A DNA stretch of 64,000 bases, taken from the NCBI GenBank assembly GCA_030390025.1, contig CM059433.1:6014001-6078000 (forward strand), read 5' to 3'. Under the pieces are notes generated by a model, which saw only the letters and a list, made by a program, of their open reading frames with translations, was not told the DNA's origin and did not search any database. The stretch is from Squalus acanthias. Its lineage: Eukaryota. The position numbers and the translations under genes are program-made. This document shows positions 50,224 to 63,821 of the stretch, in pieces; position 1 is the stretch's first letter, and each line of letters begins with the position of its first letter.

Positions 50224-53200
50224 CAGCCTGACATAGTCATACTCACAGAATCATACCTTTCAGCCAATGTCCCAAACTCCTCCATCACCATCCCTGGGTA
50301 TGTCCTGTCGCACCGGCAGGGCCGACCCACCAGGGGTGGCGGCACAGTGGTATACAGTCGGGAGGGAGTAGCCCTGGGAGTCCTCAACATTGACTCCGGA
50401 CTCCATGAAGTCTCATGATTTCAGGACAAGCATAGGCAAGGAAACCTCCTGCTGATTACCACCTACCACCCTCCCTCAGCTGATGAATCAGTACTCCTCC
50501 ATGTTGAACACCACTTGGAAGAAGCACTGAGAGAAGCAAGGGCACAGAATGTACTCTGGGTGGGGGACTTCAATGTCCATCACCAAGAGTGGCTCGGTAG
50601 CACCACTACTGACCGAGCTGGCCGAGTCCTGAAGGACATAGCTGCCAGACTGGGCCTGCGACAGGTGGTGAGAGAAACAACACGAGGGAAAACCTACTTG
50701 ACCTCACCCTCACCAATCTACCTGTCGCAGATGCATCTGTCCATGACAGCATTGGTAGCAGTGACCACCGCACAGTCCCTGTGGAGACGATATCTAGCAG
50801 CTCAAAACTGGTCATCCATGAGGTACTATGGGCCATCAGCAGCAGCAGAATTGTATTCAACCACAATCTGTGACCTCATGGCCCGGCATATCCCTCACTC
50901 TACCGTTACCATCAAGCCAGGGGACCAACCCTGGTTCAATGAGGAGTGCAGAAGAGCATGCCAGGAGCAATACCAGGTGTACCTAAAAATGAGGTGCCAA
51001 CCTGGGGAAGCTGCAACACAGGACTACATGCATACTAAAAAGCGGAAGCAGCATGCTATAGACAGAGCTAAGCGACCCCACAATCAACGGATCAGATCAA
51101 TGCTCTGCAGTCCTGCCACATGCAGTTGTGAATGGTGGTGGACAATTAAACAACTAACAGGAGGAGGAGGCTCCATGAATATCTCATCCTTGTAGGATCC
51201 GTTCCTTCCCCGCAACGGTAAAAAAATTGGACTATGAAATATAAAAACCCAGAACTGCACAGCCCGCAAAAAGAGATGGGCAATAAAGGGTTAATTCAAA
51301 TATTGCAGCCGAAACTATGAACCATTAAGAGACTGGATATCAATGATCACAGACAATCTAAAATACGAATGCTTCTGAACAAGAACATTCGCATATTCAG
51401 TTACCTTAAGGGGTTACATTGTTAAAGAAGACCATGGCCCCAGTAAAAATAGTATCAGTGCAGGCCTAGACAATGGGCCGGGCCTTGAACCATTTGAATA
51501 CGAATGCTAACAGAAACCAACAACTAGCATATGCAGTCACCTCGGGAAGGTTGCATTGTCAGAAAAGGCCTCAATGCAGACGGTTGGGTGCCCAAGTAAT
51601 CGGTGGACAATACGAGGGACAATTAGCCATCAAGAGTTCTCTGCTAGAGACATTCACACATTTTGAAACGGCCATCGTCTGCTCAGGAGGGGGCCAGGAA
51701 ATGTGTTTCAAGATACTGCAAGTTGGTTTTGGTTTAAAGGAAGAGGTACTTCGAGGAGAGTGGTGTGGGAAGCCAACGGAAGAACAGCGAACAGAAAGAT
51801 TCGGGCCTACAATCAACTCCAGGAGACAGCCGATCGGGAGTGGTGATTGTTTGTTTCAGTCAAATCATAGAGGGGGCTTTGTGATTGAGTCTGAGTAAGT
51901 TGTAAGTTTCAGTCAGGTCACAATAAGGGTTTTTGTGATTGAGTCTGGGTAACTTCATATGTAACAGTCAAATCGTGGACAGGTTTAACTGTGTCATATG
52001 GTGTCGCTGCAAATGACCCTTGCGTAGTGGTTTGTAGTTTGGGGTTCTTAGTCTAATATAAATGGTAGGGATTTATACTGGGAGGGTAATTGTGTGTGTG
52101 TGTTCAATAAACGAACAAATCAAAGGTTGAGCCAAAACCCTGGACCGTGTGTATTTTGTTCTTATAAATCCTGACGTCCAAGAACTGTGTGTAATGGGGG
52201 ACCAGTATCGGAGAAAGCCCCTTACATCCTCAATGATGACGGAGCCCAGCGCGCGAGTGCAAAAGTCAAGGCTGAAGCGTTTGCAACCATCTTCAGCCAT
52301 AAGTGCCGAGTGGATGATCCATATCGGCCTCCTACTGAGGTCCCCACCATCACAGAAGCCAGTCTTCAGCCAATTCGATTCACTACACGTGATATCAAGA
52401 AATGGCTGAGCGCACTCAATAGAGCAAAGGCAAAGGCCCTGACAACATCCTGGCTGTCATGCTGAAGACTTGTGCTCCAGAACTAGCCGCGACTCTAGCC
52501 CAGCTGTTCCTGTACAGCTACAACACTGGCATCTACCCGACAATGTGGATAACTGCCCAGGTATGTCCTGTCCACAAAAAGCAGGACAAATCTAATTTGG
52601 CCAATTACCGCCCCATCAGCCTACTCTCAATAATCAGCAAAGTGATGGAAGGTGTTGTCGACAGTGTTATCAAGCGGCACTTACTCACCAATAACTTGCT
52701 CACCGATGCTCAGTTTGGGTTCCGCCAGGACCACTCGGCTCCAGACCTCATCACAGTCTTGGTCCAGACATGGACAAAAGAGCTGAATTCCAGAGGTGAG
52801 GTGAGAGTGACTGCCGTTGACATCAAGGCAGCATTTGACCGAAAGTGGCACCAAGGAGCCCTAGTAAAACTGAAGTCAATGGGAATCGGGGAGGGGGGGT
52901 GGGGGGGAAGCTCTCCACTGGTTGGAGTTACACCTAGCACAAAGGAAGATGGTTGTCGTTGTTGGAGGTCAAACATCTCAGCCCCAGGACATCGCTGCAG
53001 GAGTACCTCAGGGCAGTGTCCTAGGCCCAACAATCTTCAGCTGCTTCATCTATGACCTTCCCTCCATCATAAGGTCAGAAGTGGAAATGTTCGCTGATGA
53101 CTGCACAGTGTTCAGTTCCATTCGCAACTCCTCAGATAATGAAGCATACCAGCCACATAAATACTGTGGCTACAAGAGCGGGTCAGAGGCTGGGTATTCT

Positions 53201-53790
53201 GCGGCGAATGTCTCACCTCCTGACTCCCCAAAACCTTTCCACTATCTACAAAGCACAAGTCAGGAGTGTAATGGAATACTCTCCACTTGCCTGGATGAGT
53301 GCAGCTCCAAAAACACTCAAGAAGCTCGACACCATCCAGGACAAAGCAGCCCGCTTGATTGGCACCCCATCCACCACCTTAAACATTCACTCCCTCCACC
53401 ACCGGTGCACCGTGGCTGCAGTGTGTACCATCTACAAGATGCACTGCAGCAACTTGCCAAGGCATCTTCGGCAACATCTCCCAAACCCGCGACCTCTTCC
53501 ACCTAGAAGGACAAGGGCAGCAGGTGCATGGGAACACCACCACCTCCAAGTTCCCCTCCAAGTCACACACCATCCTGACTTGGAAATATATCGCCGTTCC
53601 TTCATCATCGCTGGGTCAAAATCCTGGAACTCCCTCCCGAACAGCACTGTGGGAGCACCTTCACCACAAGCACTGTTACGGTTTAAGACGGCGGATCACC
53701 TCCACCTTCTGAAGGGCAATTCGGTGATGGGCAATAAATGCTGGCCTTGCCAGCGACTCCCACATCCCAGGAATGAATAAGAAAAAAAAT
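50224..53790 (+). mobile_element. CR1/L2-superfamily LINE, near-complete ORF2, interrupted by the solo LTR
   Basis: PDIVILTES, GGGTVVY, GDFNVHH, NYRPISLLS, GVPQGSVLGP and FADD motifs; A-rich tail. Confidence 0.9.
51191..52226 (+). mobile_element. Solo LTR (about 1036 bp)
   Basis: TGTAGG...CTTACA termini and a 4-bp TSD TCCT (51187-51190, 52227-52230). AATAAA near 52106. It interrupts a LINE whose sister copy shows the empty site near 54777. Confidence 0.85.
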
Positions 53791-54258
53791 AGAGAGAGCC
53801 AAACAGGCCACAGTGTCCAGGTGTGGGGGAGACTTTCCCCCGAGCGGGGTTAGTGCGTCCGGCTGGCGGAGGGTGTCGATCGATAGTCCCGACAGGAGGC
53901 CCGCTCCATGTGAGGTCTGGGCCTCATTAACACACGGCCGTGGGCTGTGGGCTGCCACGTTTCCTACATTACAACAGTGACTACACTTTAAAAGTGCTTC
54001 ATTGGCTGTAAAGCACTTTGGGACGTCCTGAAGTGGTGAAAGGCGCTGTAGAAATGCAAGATCTTTCTTTCTTGTTATTTAAGTTCAATGGCCCAGAAAT
54101 CGCAGCAAAATAATCCGGCGACGTTTAGAAGTTTCTCAGTAAATGCGGGTCTCTGTTGCTTCATTGACACAAGTGAAATGTAGCAAAATAAACCAATGCA
54201 ACTGACAAGGGCCTGAATGTAAAGAGTTAATAACTTGACAATAACGTGTTAACAGCAC

Positions 54259-55942
54259 GCGTCTGGCAGCTATGTCCATCAGGACTCGGCCAGCTCGGTC
54301 AATGGTGGTACTATCGAGCCACTGAGTACACCCATTCAGTGTGTTGTGTGCCACTACAACCGTGCTGAATGGGACAGATAAAGGACACATCTACCAACTC
54401 AAAACTGGGCATCCATGAGGCGCTGTGGGCCATCAGCAGCAACAGAATTGTTTTCCACCACAAGCTGTAAACTCATGGCCCGGCATATCCCTCAATCTTC
54501 CATTCCCATCAATCCAACCCTGGTTCAATGAGAAGTGTTGAAGAGAATGCCAGGAGTTGCACCATGTGTACCTGTAAATCAGATACCAACTTGGTGAAGC
54601 TACAACACAGGACTATATGCATGTTAAACAGCGGAGGCAGCGTGCTATAGACAGAGCTAAGCGATCCCAGACCCAATGGATCAGATCAAAGCTCTGCAGT
54701 CCTGCCACATCCAGTCATGAATAGTGATGGACAATTAAACAACTAACGGGAGGAGGAGGCTCCTTGAACATCCACATCCTCAACAATGACTGGAGCACAG
54801 CACGTGAGTGCAAAAGACAAGGCTGAACCCTTCGCACCCATCTTCAGCCAGAAGTGCCGAGTGGATGATCCATCCTGGCCTCCTCCGGAGGTCCCCACCA
54901 TCACAGAAGCCAGTCTTCAGCCAATTCAATTCACTCCACGTGATACCAAGAAACGGCAGAGCGCACTGGATACAGCAAAGGCTATGGGCCCCGTCACCAT
55001 CTCAGCTGTAGAGCTAAAGATCTGTGCTCCAGAACTAGCGGCACCTCTAGCCAAGCTGTTCCTTTACTGGCATCTACCCGACAAAGTGGAAAATTGGCCA
55101 GGTATGTCCTTTCTGTAAAGAGCTGGACTAATCCAACAGCCAATTACCACCCCATCAGTCTACTCTCAATCATCATCAAAGTGATGGGAGGTGTCATCAA
55201 CAATGCTATCAAGCAGCAATTATGCACAAATAACCTGCTCACCGATGCTCAGTTTGGTTTCCGCCAGGACCACTTGGCTCCTGACCTCATTACAGCCTTG
55301 GTCCAAACATGGACAAAAGAGCTGAATTCCAGAGGTGAGTGAGAGTGACTGTCCTCGACATCAAGGCAGCATTTGACCGAGTGTGGCACCAAGGAGGCCT
55401 AGTAAAACTGAAGTCAATGGTGATCGGGGGAAAACTCTCCACTGGATGGTGTCATATCTAGCACAAAGTTAGACTGTTGTGGTTGTTGGAGGGCAATCAG
55501 CTCAGCACCCACTCAAGAAGCTCGACACCATCCAGGACAAAACAGCGCGCTTCATTGGCACCCCATCCACCACCTTAAACATTTCCTGCCTCCACCATGG
55601 CACACCATGGTTGCAGTGTGTTCAATCTACAAGATGTACTGCAGCAACTCGCAAGGCTTCCTCGACATCACCTCCCAAACCTGCGACCTCTACCACCTAA
55701 AAGGACAAGGGCAGCAGGCGCATGGCATGGGAACACCGCCACCACCAAGTTCCCCTCCAAGTCTCTCAGAATTCTGGAACTCACTACCTAACAGCATGTT
55801 GGGAGTCCCTTCACCACACGGATGGCAGCGGATCAAGAAGGCGGCTCACCACCACCTTCTGAAGGGCAACTAGGGATGGGCAATAAATGCTGGCCTTGCG
55901 AGTGATGTCCACATCCCGACAATAAATAAATAAAAAATAAAA
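54259..55942 (+). mobile_element. Second degenerate copy of the same LINE, with a short inverted 5' piece
   Basis: Colinear with 50790-53790 apart from deletions. (aata)n tail. 54259-54323 is inverted. Confidence 0.85.
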
Positions 55943-56262
55943 ACTCATTTTTTTATATATTGTGTTTCTTGTTTTTCTTAACTGTAACTTAATTTTGCTT
56001 TAACCTTTTCCTGTTCTTGTGTCCTCTTTTTCTATTTATTTTTTTAGCCTCCACAGTCATTCTATTTCTAGGTCCCAGAGATTTGTTCCAACAAATTTGC
56101 CTTCGGCCTCAATCATGCTCTGCCTCTACTGGGTCTGGGCCCTACACCTGAGTTCACAATTACAAAAAATAGACTGCAGGAAAGTCTGTAAACTAAGGAA
56201 AGGAATCAAAGGAAGACCAGTCAGGTCAACCCGAGCTTTTGATGCAGGAGATGGTAGAGGGA

Positions 56263-57594
56263 CTAACATTCACTACAAGCCCACTGACTCCCACAGCTAC
56301 CTGGACTACACTTCCTCCCACCCCGCCTCCTGTAAGGACTCTATTCCATTCTCCCAGTTTCTCCGTCTCCGCCGCATCTGCTCTGATGATGCCACCTTCC
56401 ATACCAGTGCTTCCGACATGTCTTCCTTTTTCTCAGCCGAGGATTCCCCTCTACCGTGGTTGACACGGCCCTCGACCGTGTCCGTTCTATCTCCCGCACT
56501 TCTGCCCTCACCCCTGCCCCTCCCTCCCGGAACCACGATAGGGTTCCCCTTGTCCTCACCTTTCACCCCACCAGTCTCCACATTCAACGGATCATCCTCC
56601 GCCATTTCCGCCACCTCCAGCGTGATCCCACCACCAAACGCATCTTCCCCTCACCTCCCCTTTCAGCATTCCGCAGGGACCGCTCCCTCCGCGACACCCT
56701 AACCCTAACCCTCTACCACCCCCAGCACCACTTCCCCTTCGCCCGGCACCTTCCCATGCAAGTGCAGGAGATGCAACACATGCCCTTATACCTCCCCTCT
56801 TCCCACTGTCCAGGGCCCCAAACACCCCTTCCAGGTGAAACAGCGATTTACTTGTACTTCCTGCAATTTAGTATACTGTATTCGCTGCTCACGATGTGGT
56901 CTCCTCTACATTGGGGAGACCAAACGCAGATTGGGTGACCGCTTTGCGGAACACCTCCGTTCAGTCCGTAAGGGGGACCCCGAGCTCCTGGTCGCCTGTC
57001 ACTTTAATTCTCCGCTTCACTCCCACTCTGACCTCACCGTCCTCGGCCTATTACACTGTTCCACGGAAGCTCAACGTAAGCTCGAGGAACAGCACCTCAT
57101 CTTTCATTTAGGCACTCTACAGCCCTCCGGACTCAACATAGAGTTCAACAATTTTAGATCATAACCTCGGCCCCATCACATTTATATTTTATTTTCTCAT
57201 CCACCCTTTTATTTGCCCCCCTCCCCCCCCTTTTTTTTCCTCCTAGAAGCTGGCAGCTGTCCTTCATTCTGCCAGTGCATTTCACACTTCATCTAGCCTC
57301 AACCTGTCACATTAACACCTCCTCTTGCCTTGATTATCTCTTAATGTCTCTCCTGCTTTCTATCCCACCACTGACCTTCCCTTTTGTTCTTTCATCCCCT
57401 CCCCCTTTTCCCAGCTTTATACTTGCTTTAAATCTATTTCATTTCCTGCTTTTTTCCAGTTCTGACGAAAGGTCTTCGACCTGAAACGTTAACTCTGTTT
57501 CTCTCTCCACGGATGCTGCCTGGCCTGCTGAGTTTTTCCAGCGTTTTCTGTTGTTATTTCGGATTTCCAGCATCCGCAGTATTTTGCTATCGTC
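56263..57594 (+). mobile_element. 5'-truncated PLE (RT C-terminus, GIY-YIG, pLTR)
   Basis: Near-identical to the 3' part of the intact PLE. 13-bp TSD GATGGTAGAGGGA at 56250-56262 and 57595-57607. Confidence 0.93.
57458..57494 (+). ncRNA. Minimal hammerhead ribozyme (PLE copy)
   Basis: agtt-CTGACGA-a-aggtc(ttc)gacct-GAAA-cg-TT-aact; the core is intact. Confidence 0.82.
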
Positions 57595-58599
57595 GATGGT
57601 AGAGGGATGTTCTGCTGCTGATTGGAGAAAAAGACCCAAGGACAGTGTTGGTGCCATTAGAGCGGATCCTCCTCCCACTCATGAAGTGCCAGAGACTGGA
57701 TTCTACATCAGTCAGATGAAGCTTTCCATGGCTATGGAGATGTCATCTAAGTACTTCAGAGGGACAGGGCCTTGTGTCCCCAATCTGGCCCAACATTAAC
57801 AGGAATGGTGACTAAACGAGCCAGAAGTTACCACTTGTGTCTCCAAAGAGTTATGGGTGAGGTAAAAGAGGAGGAAATAATCTCTATAAATTTCCCCTCT
57901 GATTCAGCGTTGGCCAGTGTCTGTACGTTGGTCAGCTCTGTACCATCAGCCTCTGGAGAGGAAACATAACAATCAACTGAATTTAAACACATTGGACGTT
58001 AGAAACAAATGGTGAGATTCACTGTAAGCCCAGCTAATGGGGCCAACCCACTCCATAATCAGCAGTGGGAAAGTGTCTGAAAGTGGGAAATGTTGATCCT
58101 ATTCAGTCCATGGCACAGCACATTAGTGCTTCAATGTCCCGGTTATTACAGATTAGAACCTTCCTTCCTTCTTTTTTTTCCTTCCTTCCTGCAGGATCAA
58201 ATTGAATCTGTCTATAATTCAGATCTTCCCATTGATCAATACTTCAGTGCTATTTGTCTTTGTCCTGTTTGGTTTCCAATACCTTTGTAACAGGCCTCAA
58301 TATGTGTTAATCTGGAATTGACTGTTACTCCTCTTGAGCGGCAGGCACTCAGGATTAATTGTGGACAACAAACATTTCTGACACATGTATCTGGGGTGAA
58401 TACGCCATGATCTGAGGAACCTCATTTTGTTCAGAATCCAGTTCCTCAAAGCTTTACATTTTCTGATTCTTTCCTTCACCATCTCTTGTGTCGAGTGACT
58501 GACTGTCTTTTGCAGCAGAGCTGCCGTTGCCTCCCTCCACAGGGGAACTCCAGCATTTCTCGATCTGTCAAGGGTTATAACCTCTGGGCCTATTAAGCC

Positions 58600-60060
58600 C
58601 ACCCTGCAAATTACCCGGCCTTATTAAATGGTGCGGGTCTGATGACGTCATCGATGACGCGTTTTCAGCTGGGATATTTAAAGGAGCCATGGCCACATTG
58701 CAATTGAAGCTTCATCCAGGAGTGTGCAGTCACTGCACTGGGGCTTTTGATTGTTCCAAACACTTGGAAACATGACTGAACAGAGGCAGAGGGCTGCACC
58801 CAGGCTCTCCGATGACTCCCTCCATATGCTTGTGGAGGGAGTCTGAGCACGCAGGGAGGTCCTCTTCCGTTCAGAAGAGACCTCCCAGGAGACAAAAAGA
58901 GCCTGGCTCCAAATTCCAGAGGAGGTAAACAGCAGGGATGTGCTGAGGAGGACCTGGGTGCAGTGCTGGAAATGCTTCAATGATCTCATTAGATCAGGAA
59001 AGCTGAGTACAAAGCCACACTCAACCTCATCCTGCTGTGCCTCTCATCACATCCCCATCACTCTGCCAACCCTACTCCTGCACATCCTTGCTCACACCAA
59101 CATACCTTGCACATCCACCCATCCCTCTCTCTCTATCTACATTATCACATCCCCGTCTTACTAGCCACCCCTCACACTCACCCTCATCCTAATGCAATCA
59201 TACCAACGAACACACAAGGAGGCCACTTGGCATTGCCAACCCACTCCATCATAGTCTCTCTCTAAAGATCTAACCCATCCATTCCTGACACTCATTCCAT
59301 CACTCACATTCAACCTTCTCTTCTTTCCCTCCTTGCAGGAAAAGAGAGCCCACAATAAGAGGGAGAGGGAGAGAACTGTAGGTGGGCCTCCATTATTTGC
59401 CACCTTCACAACAGCAGAGGAGGTTGCGTTAGAAGTATTGGGAGTCACTGAGCAGCTGGAGGTGGGAGACGGAGACATCTCAGCAACCTGGTGACAGAAT
59501 TACATATCATACAGCTACATGGCATACATCAATCACTCATATGGGGACTGATGTCATCAGCCACTGAATGGTCATCATGTGCATAATGGTATCTGTACCC
59601 ATTCTTCAGATGACATATCTAACTCATCTCTTTACTGTCCCACAGGTCCATCAACAGCACGCCCCCTCCCCCCCCCCCCCCACCACTGTCCAGGAGGAAG
59701 AGGAAGACGACTCCTCAGAGGAGCCTCCTGTCTCTGAGGGTGCAGCGTCACCAGACATAAGCGCACCCAGCAGCAGCGCAGAGACGCACACCTCGGTGGG
59801 TCCCACACGACATAGTTGTCACCTGGTGTCTCACAAGTCACCAGTGAGCAAGAGGAGATGATGGAGACAGGGACAGCAGTGGAGACTCCTCGCCGGAGGG
59901 CGCAGGACACTCCCAGCTCTGCTCAGCCGCATGCAGACGCTGGGCCTCGGGGGCCATCCAGAAAGAGGGTGACCCTGGAGGTGCAGGAAGAAGTGCAGGA
60001 GGCTCTGACAGGTTTTGCAACCTGTGACTTGACACCCTGCACCCATGGGAAGCCAGTCAG
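58600..60060 (+). pseudogene. Harbinger Myb/SANT-like gene relic (ATG 58772; exon 1 to 59002; exon 2 from 59339)
   Basis: MTEQRQRAAPRLSDDSLHMLVEGV*ARREVLF...KRAWLQIPEEVN...RTWVQCWKCFNDLIRSGK. Exon 2 reads EKRAHNKRERERTVGGPP...TTAEE. It has an in-frame stop and a mutated donor (CTGAGT). Confidence 0.82.
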
Positions 60061-60079
60061 AGTGGCAAATCCGAGTGTG

Positions 60080-60558
60080 TAAATGGGGGAATTAGGAGAG
60101 GGCACCAATAAATGTGGGAATTAGGAGAGGGTGCCAATAAATGGGGGAATTAAGAGAGGGCACCAGTAAATGGGGGAATTCGGAGAGAGCGCCAGTAAAT
60201 GGGGGAATTAGGAGAGGGTGCCAATAAATGGGGGAATTAGGAGAGGGCACCATTGAATGGGGGAATTATTAGAGGGCACCAGTAAATGGGGGAATTCGGA
60301 GAGAGCGCCAGTAAATGGGGGAATTCGGAGAGAGCGCCAGTAAATGGGGGAATTAGGAGAGGGCACCAGTGAATGGGGGAATTAGGAGAGGGCACCAGTA
60401 AATGGGGGAATTAGGAGAGGGCACCAGTGAATGGGGGAATTATTAGAGGGCACCAGTAAATGGGGGAATTAGGAGAGGGCACCAGTGAATGGGGGAATTT
60501 GGGAAAGCACCAGTAAATGGGGGAATTAGGGAAGGCACCAGTAAATGGGGGAATTTGG
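60080..60558 (+). repeat. About 29-bp minisatellite, about 16 copies
   Basis: Unit AAATGGGGGAATTAGGAGAGGGCACCAGT. Confidence 0.95.
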
Positions 60559-60559
60559 G

Positions 60560-62670
60560 ATAGAAAGCCTCATATCCAAGTTTGCCGATGACACAAAGAT
60601 AGGCAGCATTGTAAGCAATGTAGAGGAAAGCATTAAATTACAAAGAGATATTAATAGATTAAGTGAATGGGGAAAACTGTGGCAAATGGATTTCAATGCA
60701 GTCATATATGAGGTCATCCACTGTGGACCTAAAAAGGATATAACAGAGTACTTTATAATAGGTGAAAAGCTAGAAACAGTGGATGTCCAAAGAGATTTGG
60801 GGGTTCAGGTACATAGATCATTAAAATGTCATGAACAGGTGCAGAAAATAATCAAAAGGGCGAATGGAATGCTGGCCTTTATGTCTAGAAGACTAGAATA
60901 CAAGGGGGTAGAGGTTCTGCTGCAGCTATACAAAGCCCTGGTTAGACCACACCTGGAGCACTGTGAGCAGTTCTGGGCACCACAACTTAGGAAGGATAAA
61001 TTGGCCTTGGAGGGAGTGCAGCGTAGATTAACCAGAATGATACCCGGACTCCAAGGGTTAAATTACAAGGAGAGATTACACAAACTAGGGTTGTATTCCC
61101 TGGAATTTATTAGATTAAGTGGTGATTTGCGAAGTTTTGACGATAGTAAAGGGAACAGATAGGGTTGATAGAGAGAAAGTAGTTCTGCAGGTTGGGGAGT
61201 CTAGGACGAGGGAGCATAGTCTAAAAATTAGAGCCAGGCCTTTCAGGAGTGAAGTTAGGCAACACCTACACACAAAGGGTGGTAGAAGTTTGGAACTCTC
61301 TTCCGCAATCGGCAATTGATGCTGGGTCAATTATTAATTTTAAATGTTAGATTGATAAATTTTTGTTAACCAGAGGTATTAAGGGATATGGAGCAAAGGC
61401 GGGTATACGGAGTTAGGTTGCAGATCTTCCATGATCTCATTGAATGGCGGAACAGGCTCGAGGGCCTAAATGGCCTACTCCTGTTCCTATGTTCCTTCCG
61501 CAGTATAATGTGGATAAATGCGAGGTTATCCACTTTGGTGGCAAAAACAGGAAGACAGATTATTATCTGAACGGCAATAGATTGGGAAAAGGGTAAGTGC
61601 AACGAGACCTGGGTATCCTTGTGCACCAGTCGCTGAAGGTAAGCATGCAGGTGCAGCAGGCGGTTAAGAAGGCAAATGGTATGTTGGCCTTCATAACAGG
61701 AGGATTAGAGTACAGGAGCAAGGATGTCTTGCTGCAGTTGTACAAGGCCTTGGTGAGACCACACCTTGAGTATTGTGTGCAGTTTTGGTCGCCTTATCTG
61801 AGGAAGGATGTTCTTGCCATGGAGGGAGTGCAGCGAAAATTCACCAGACTGATACCTGGGATGGCAGGAATGACGTATGAAGAGAGATTGGGTCGATTAG
61901 GCTTATATTCGCTTGAGCTTAGAAGAATGAGCGGGGATCTCATTGAAACTTATAAAATTCTAACAGGACTAGACAGACTAGATGCAGGAAGGATGTTCCC
62001 GATGGTGGGGGAGTCCAGAACCAGGGGTCACAGTCTAAGGATAAGGGGTAAGCCATTTAGGACTGAGATGAGGAGGAATTTCTTCACCCAGAGAGTGGTG
62101 AACCTGTGGAATTCTCTACCACAGAAGGCAGTTGAGGCCAATTCATTAAATATATTCAAGAAGGAGTTAGATATATGTCTTAAGGCTAAAGGGATCAAGG
62201 GATATGGGGAGAAAGCAGGGACAGGGCACTGAATTTGGATGATCAGCCATGATCTCATTAAATGGCAGAACAGGCTCGAGGGGCCGAATGGCCTACTCCT
62301 GCTCCTATCTTCTATGTTTCTATGTTTTCCTATGCCTTTGTTACCTCTAGCCTGGACTATTCCAATGCTCTCCTGGCCGGAATCCCATCTTTCACCCTTC
62401 AGAAATGAACTCATCCAAAACTGCTTCCCGTATCCTAACTCACATCAAGCCTTCAGCTGCCGAGGCCCTAAGCTCTGGAATCCCTCCCTAATCCTCTCCA
62501 CCTCTACCTCACTCTCCTCCTTTAAGACGCTCCTTAGAACGTTCTTTAACCAAGCCTTTGGTCATCTGTCCTAATATCTCCTTATGTGGCTCGGTGTCAA
62601 ATTTTGTTTGTGAAGCGCCTTGGGACGTTTTACTGCGTTAAAGACACGATATCAATGGAAGTTGTTGTTG
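60560..62670 (+). mobile_element. Two tandem CR1 3' halves followed by an L2 3' fragment
   Basis: ORFs 60545-61162 (KFADDTKIG) and 61597-62232. L2 tail with (gtt)n at about 62660. Confidence 0.9.
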
Positions 62671-62939
62671 TTAATGTTGTAACAAACTTTGGGTTTGCAT
62701 AAATGCGTCTTTGACCTCTGCGACTTCCATTTGCATTCCTCATTCAAGCCTTCGCAATGTACTTTATTCTCATTATCAGCTCCTTGTGTCACTGTGTTGT
62801 CTGGGGAGCAATAGTTCGTAGCCTCCTCTGCCAACCCTTCCCAGTCTGCCTCCTGCTATCTCTCCCCTGTGATCTCCCCCTGTGATCGCCCCCTTGGCAA
62901 TCACCCCCCTCCCCCCCCCCCCCACCCCCGGCCGGGGTG

Positions 62940-63181
62940 GTAAATATTTACAGGGGGTCCCTGGGAGTGTGTGTCAATATTTGCGGGGGGTCCCTGGGAG
63001 TGTGTCAATATTTGCAGGGGGTCCCTGGGAGTGTGTCAATATTTGCAGGGGGTCCTCAGGAGTGTGTCAATATTTGCAGGGGGTCCCTGGGAGTGTGTCA
63101 ATATTTGCAGGGGGTCCCTGGGAGTGTGTCAATATTTGCAGGGGGTCCCTGGGAGTGTGTCAATATTTGCAGGGGGTCCCC
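62940..63181 (+). repeat. 31-bp minisatellite, about 8 copies
   Basis: Unit CAATATTTGCAGGGGGTCCCTGGGAGTGTGT. Confidence 0.95.
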
Positions 63182-63588
63182 AAAGAGAAAGGTTTGAAGC
63201 CAGTGCCACAGGTGAATGTGCTGTGGGAAGTTCCATTGAAGTCCAGTAGAGGGCGATGGCTCGTTATATTTGACAGAATGAGCAATGTGAAAGACGTGTT
63301 GATGCCATTCTCGAGGAGCTCAATATAAAGGCTGCACTGGCTGATTAAACTGCTAGTTTACACATGCCCTCTACACGCAGCATAAAGTCTTTCCCCACTC
63401 TTGATGCAATTGTCATTTTGTGTTTAAACTACTTTTAAAAACTATTTAACTGCATGAATTGAGATTTTAAAACAACACTGTAAAACCATATATAAGAACA
63501 TAAAGAACATAAGAAATAGGAGCAGGAATAGGCTACTTGGCCCCTCGAGCCTGCTCCGCCATTCAATAAGATCCAACATTGCACTCAC

Positions 63589-63821
63589 CTTTCCTGATCT
63601 CATCCGATCATTGAATCTTTTGTTGCACTGTACCCATGTCCTCCTGACGACATCCCTGCTGTTGACCTCCTCAGCAATTTGGATCCATGTCCTTTGGATC
63701 TCTTGGGGATGTTTCTTCCGCCCATCAGCAGGATCTCCCTGCGTGCTCTGACTCCCTCCATAAGAATATGTAGGGAATCATCCGAAAACCGGGGTGCAGC
63801 CCTCTGTCTTTGGGAACTCAT
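63589..63821 (-). pseudogene. Harbinger Myb/SANT-like exon 1 relic
   Basis: MSSQRQRAAPRFSDDSLHILMEGVRARREIL... ending in GGAAAG|GTGAGT. Upstream sequence is homologous to 58635-58705. Confidence 0.8.

Noticed and set aside
51473..51898. 141-aa ORF
   Set aside because: It lies inside a solo LTR and has no recognisable motifs.
62882..63328. Cys-repeat protein ORFs
   Set aside because: Translations of the 31-bp minisatellite.
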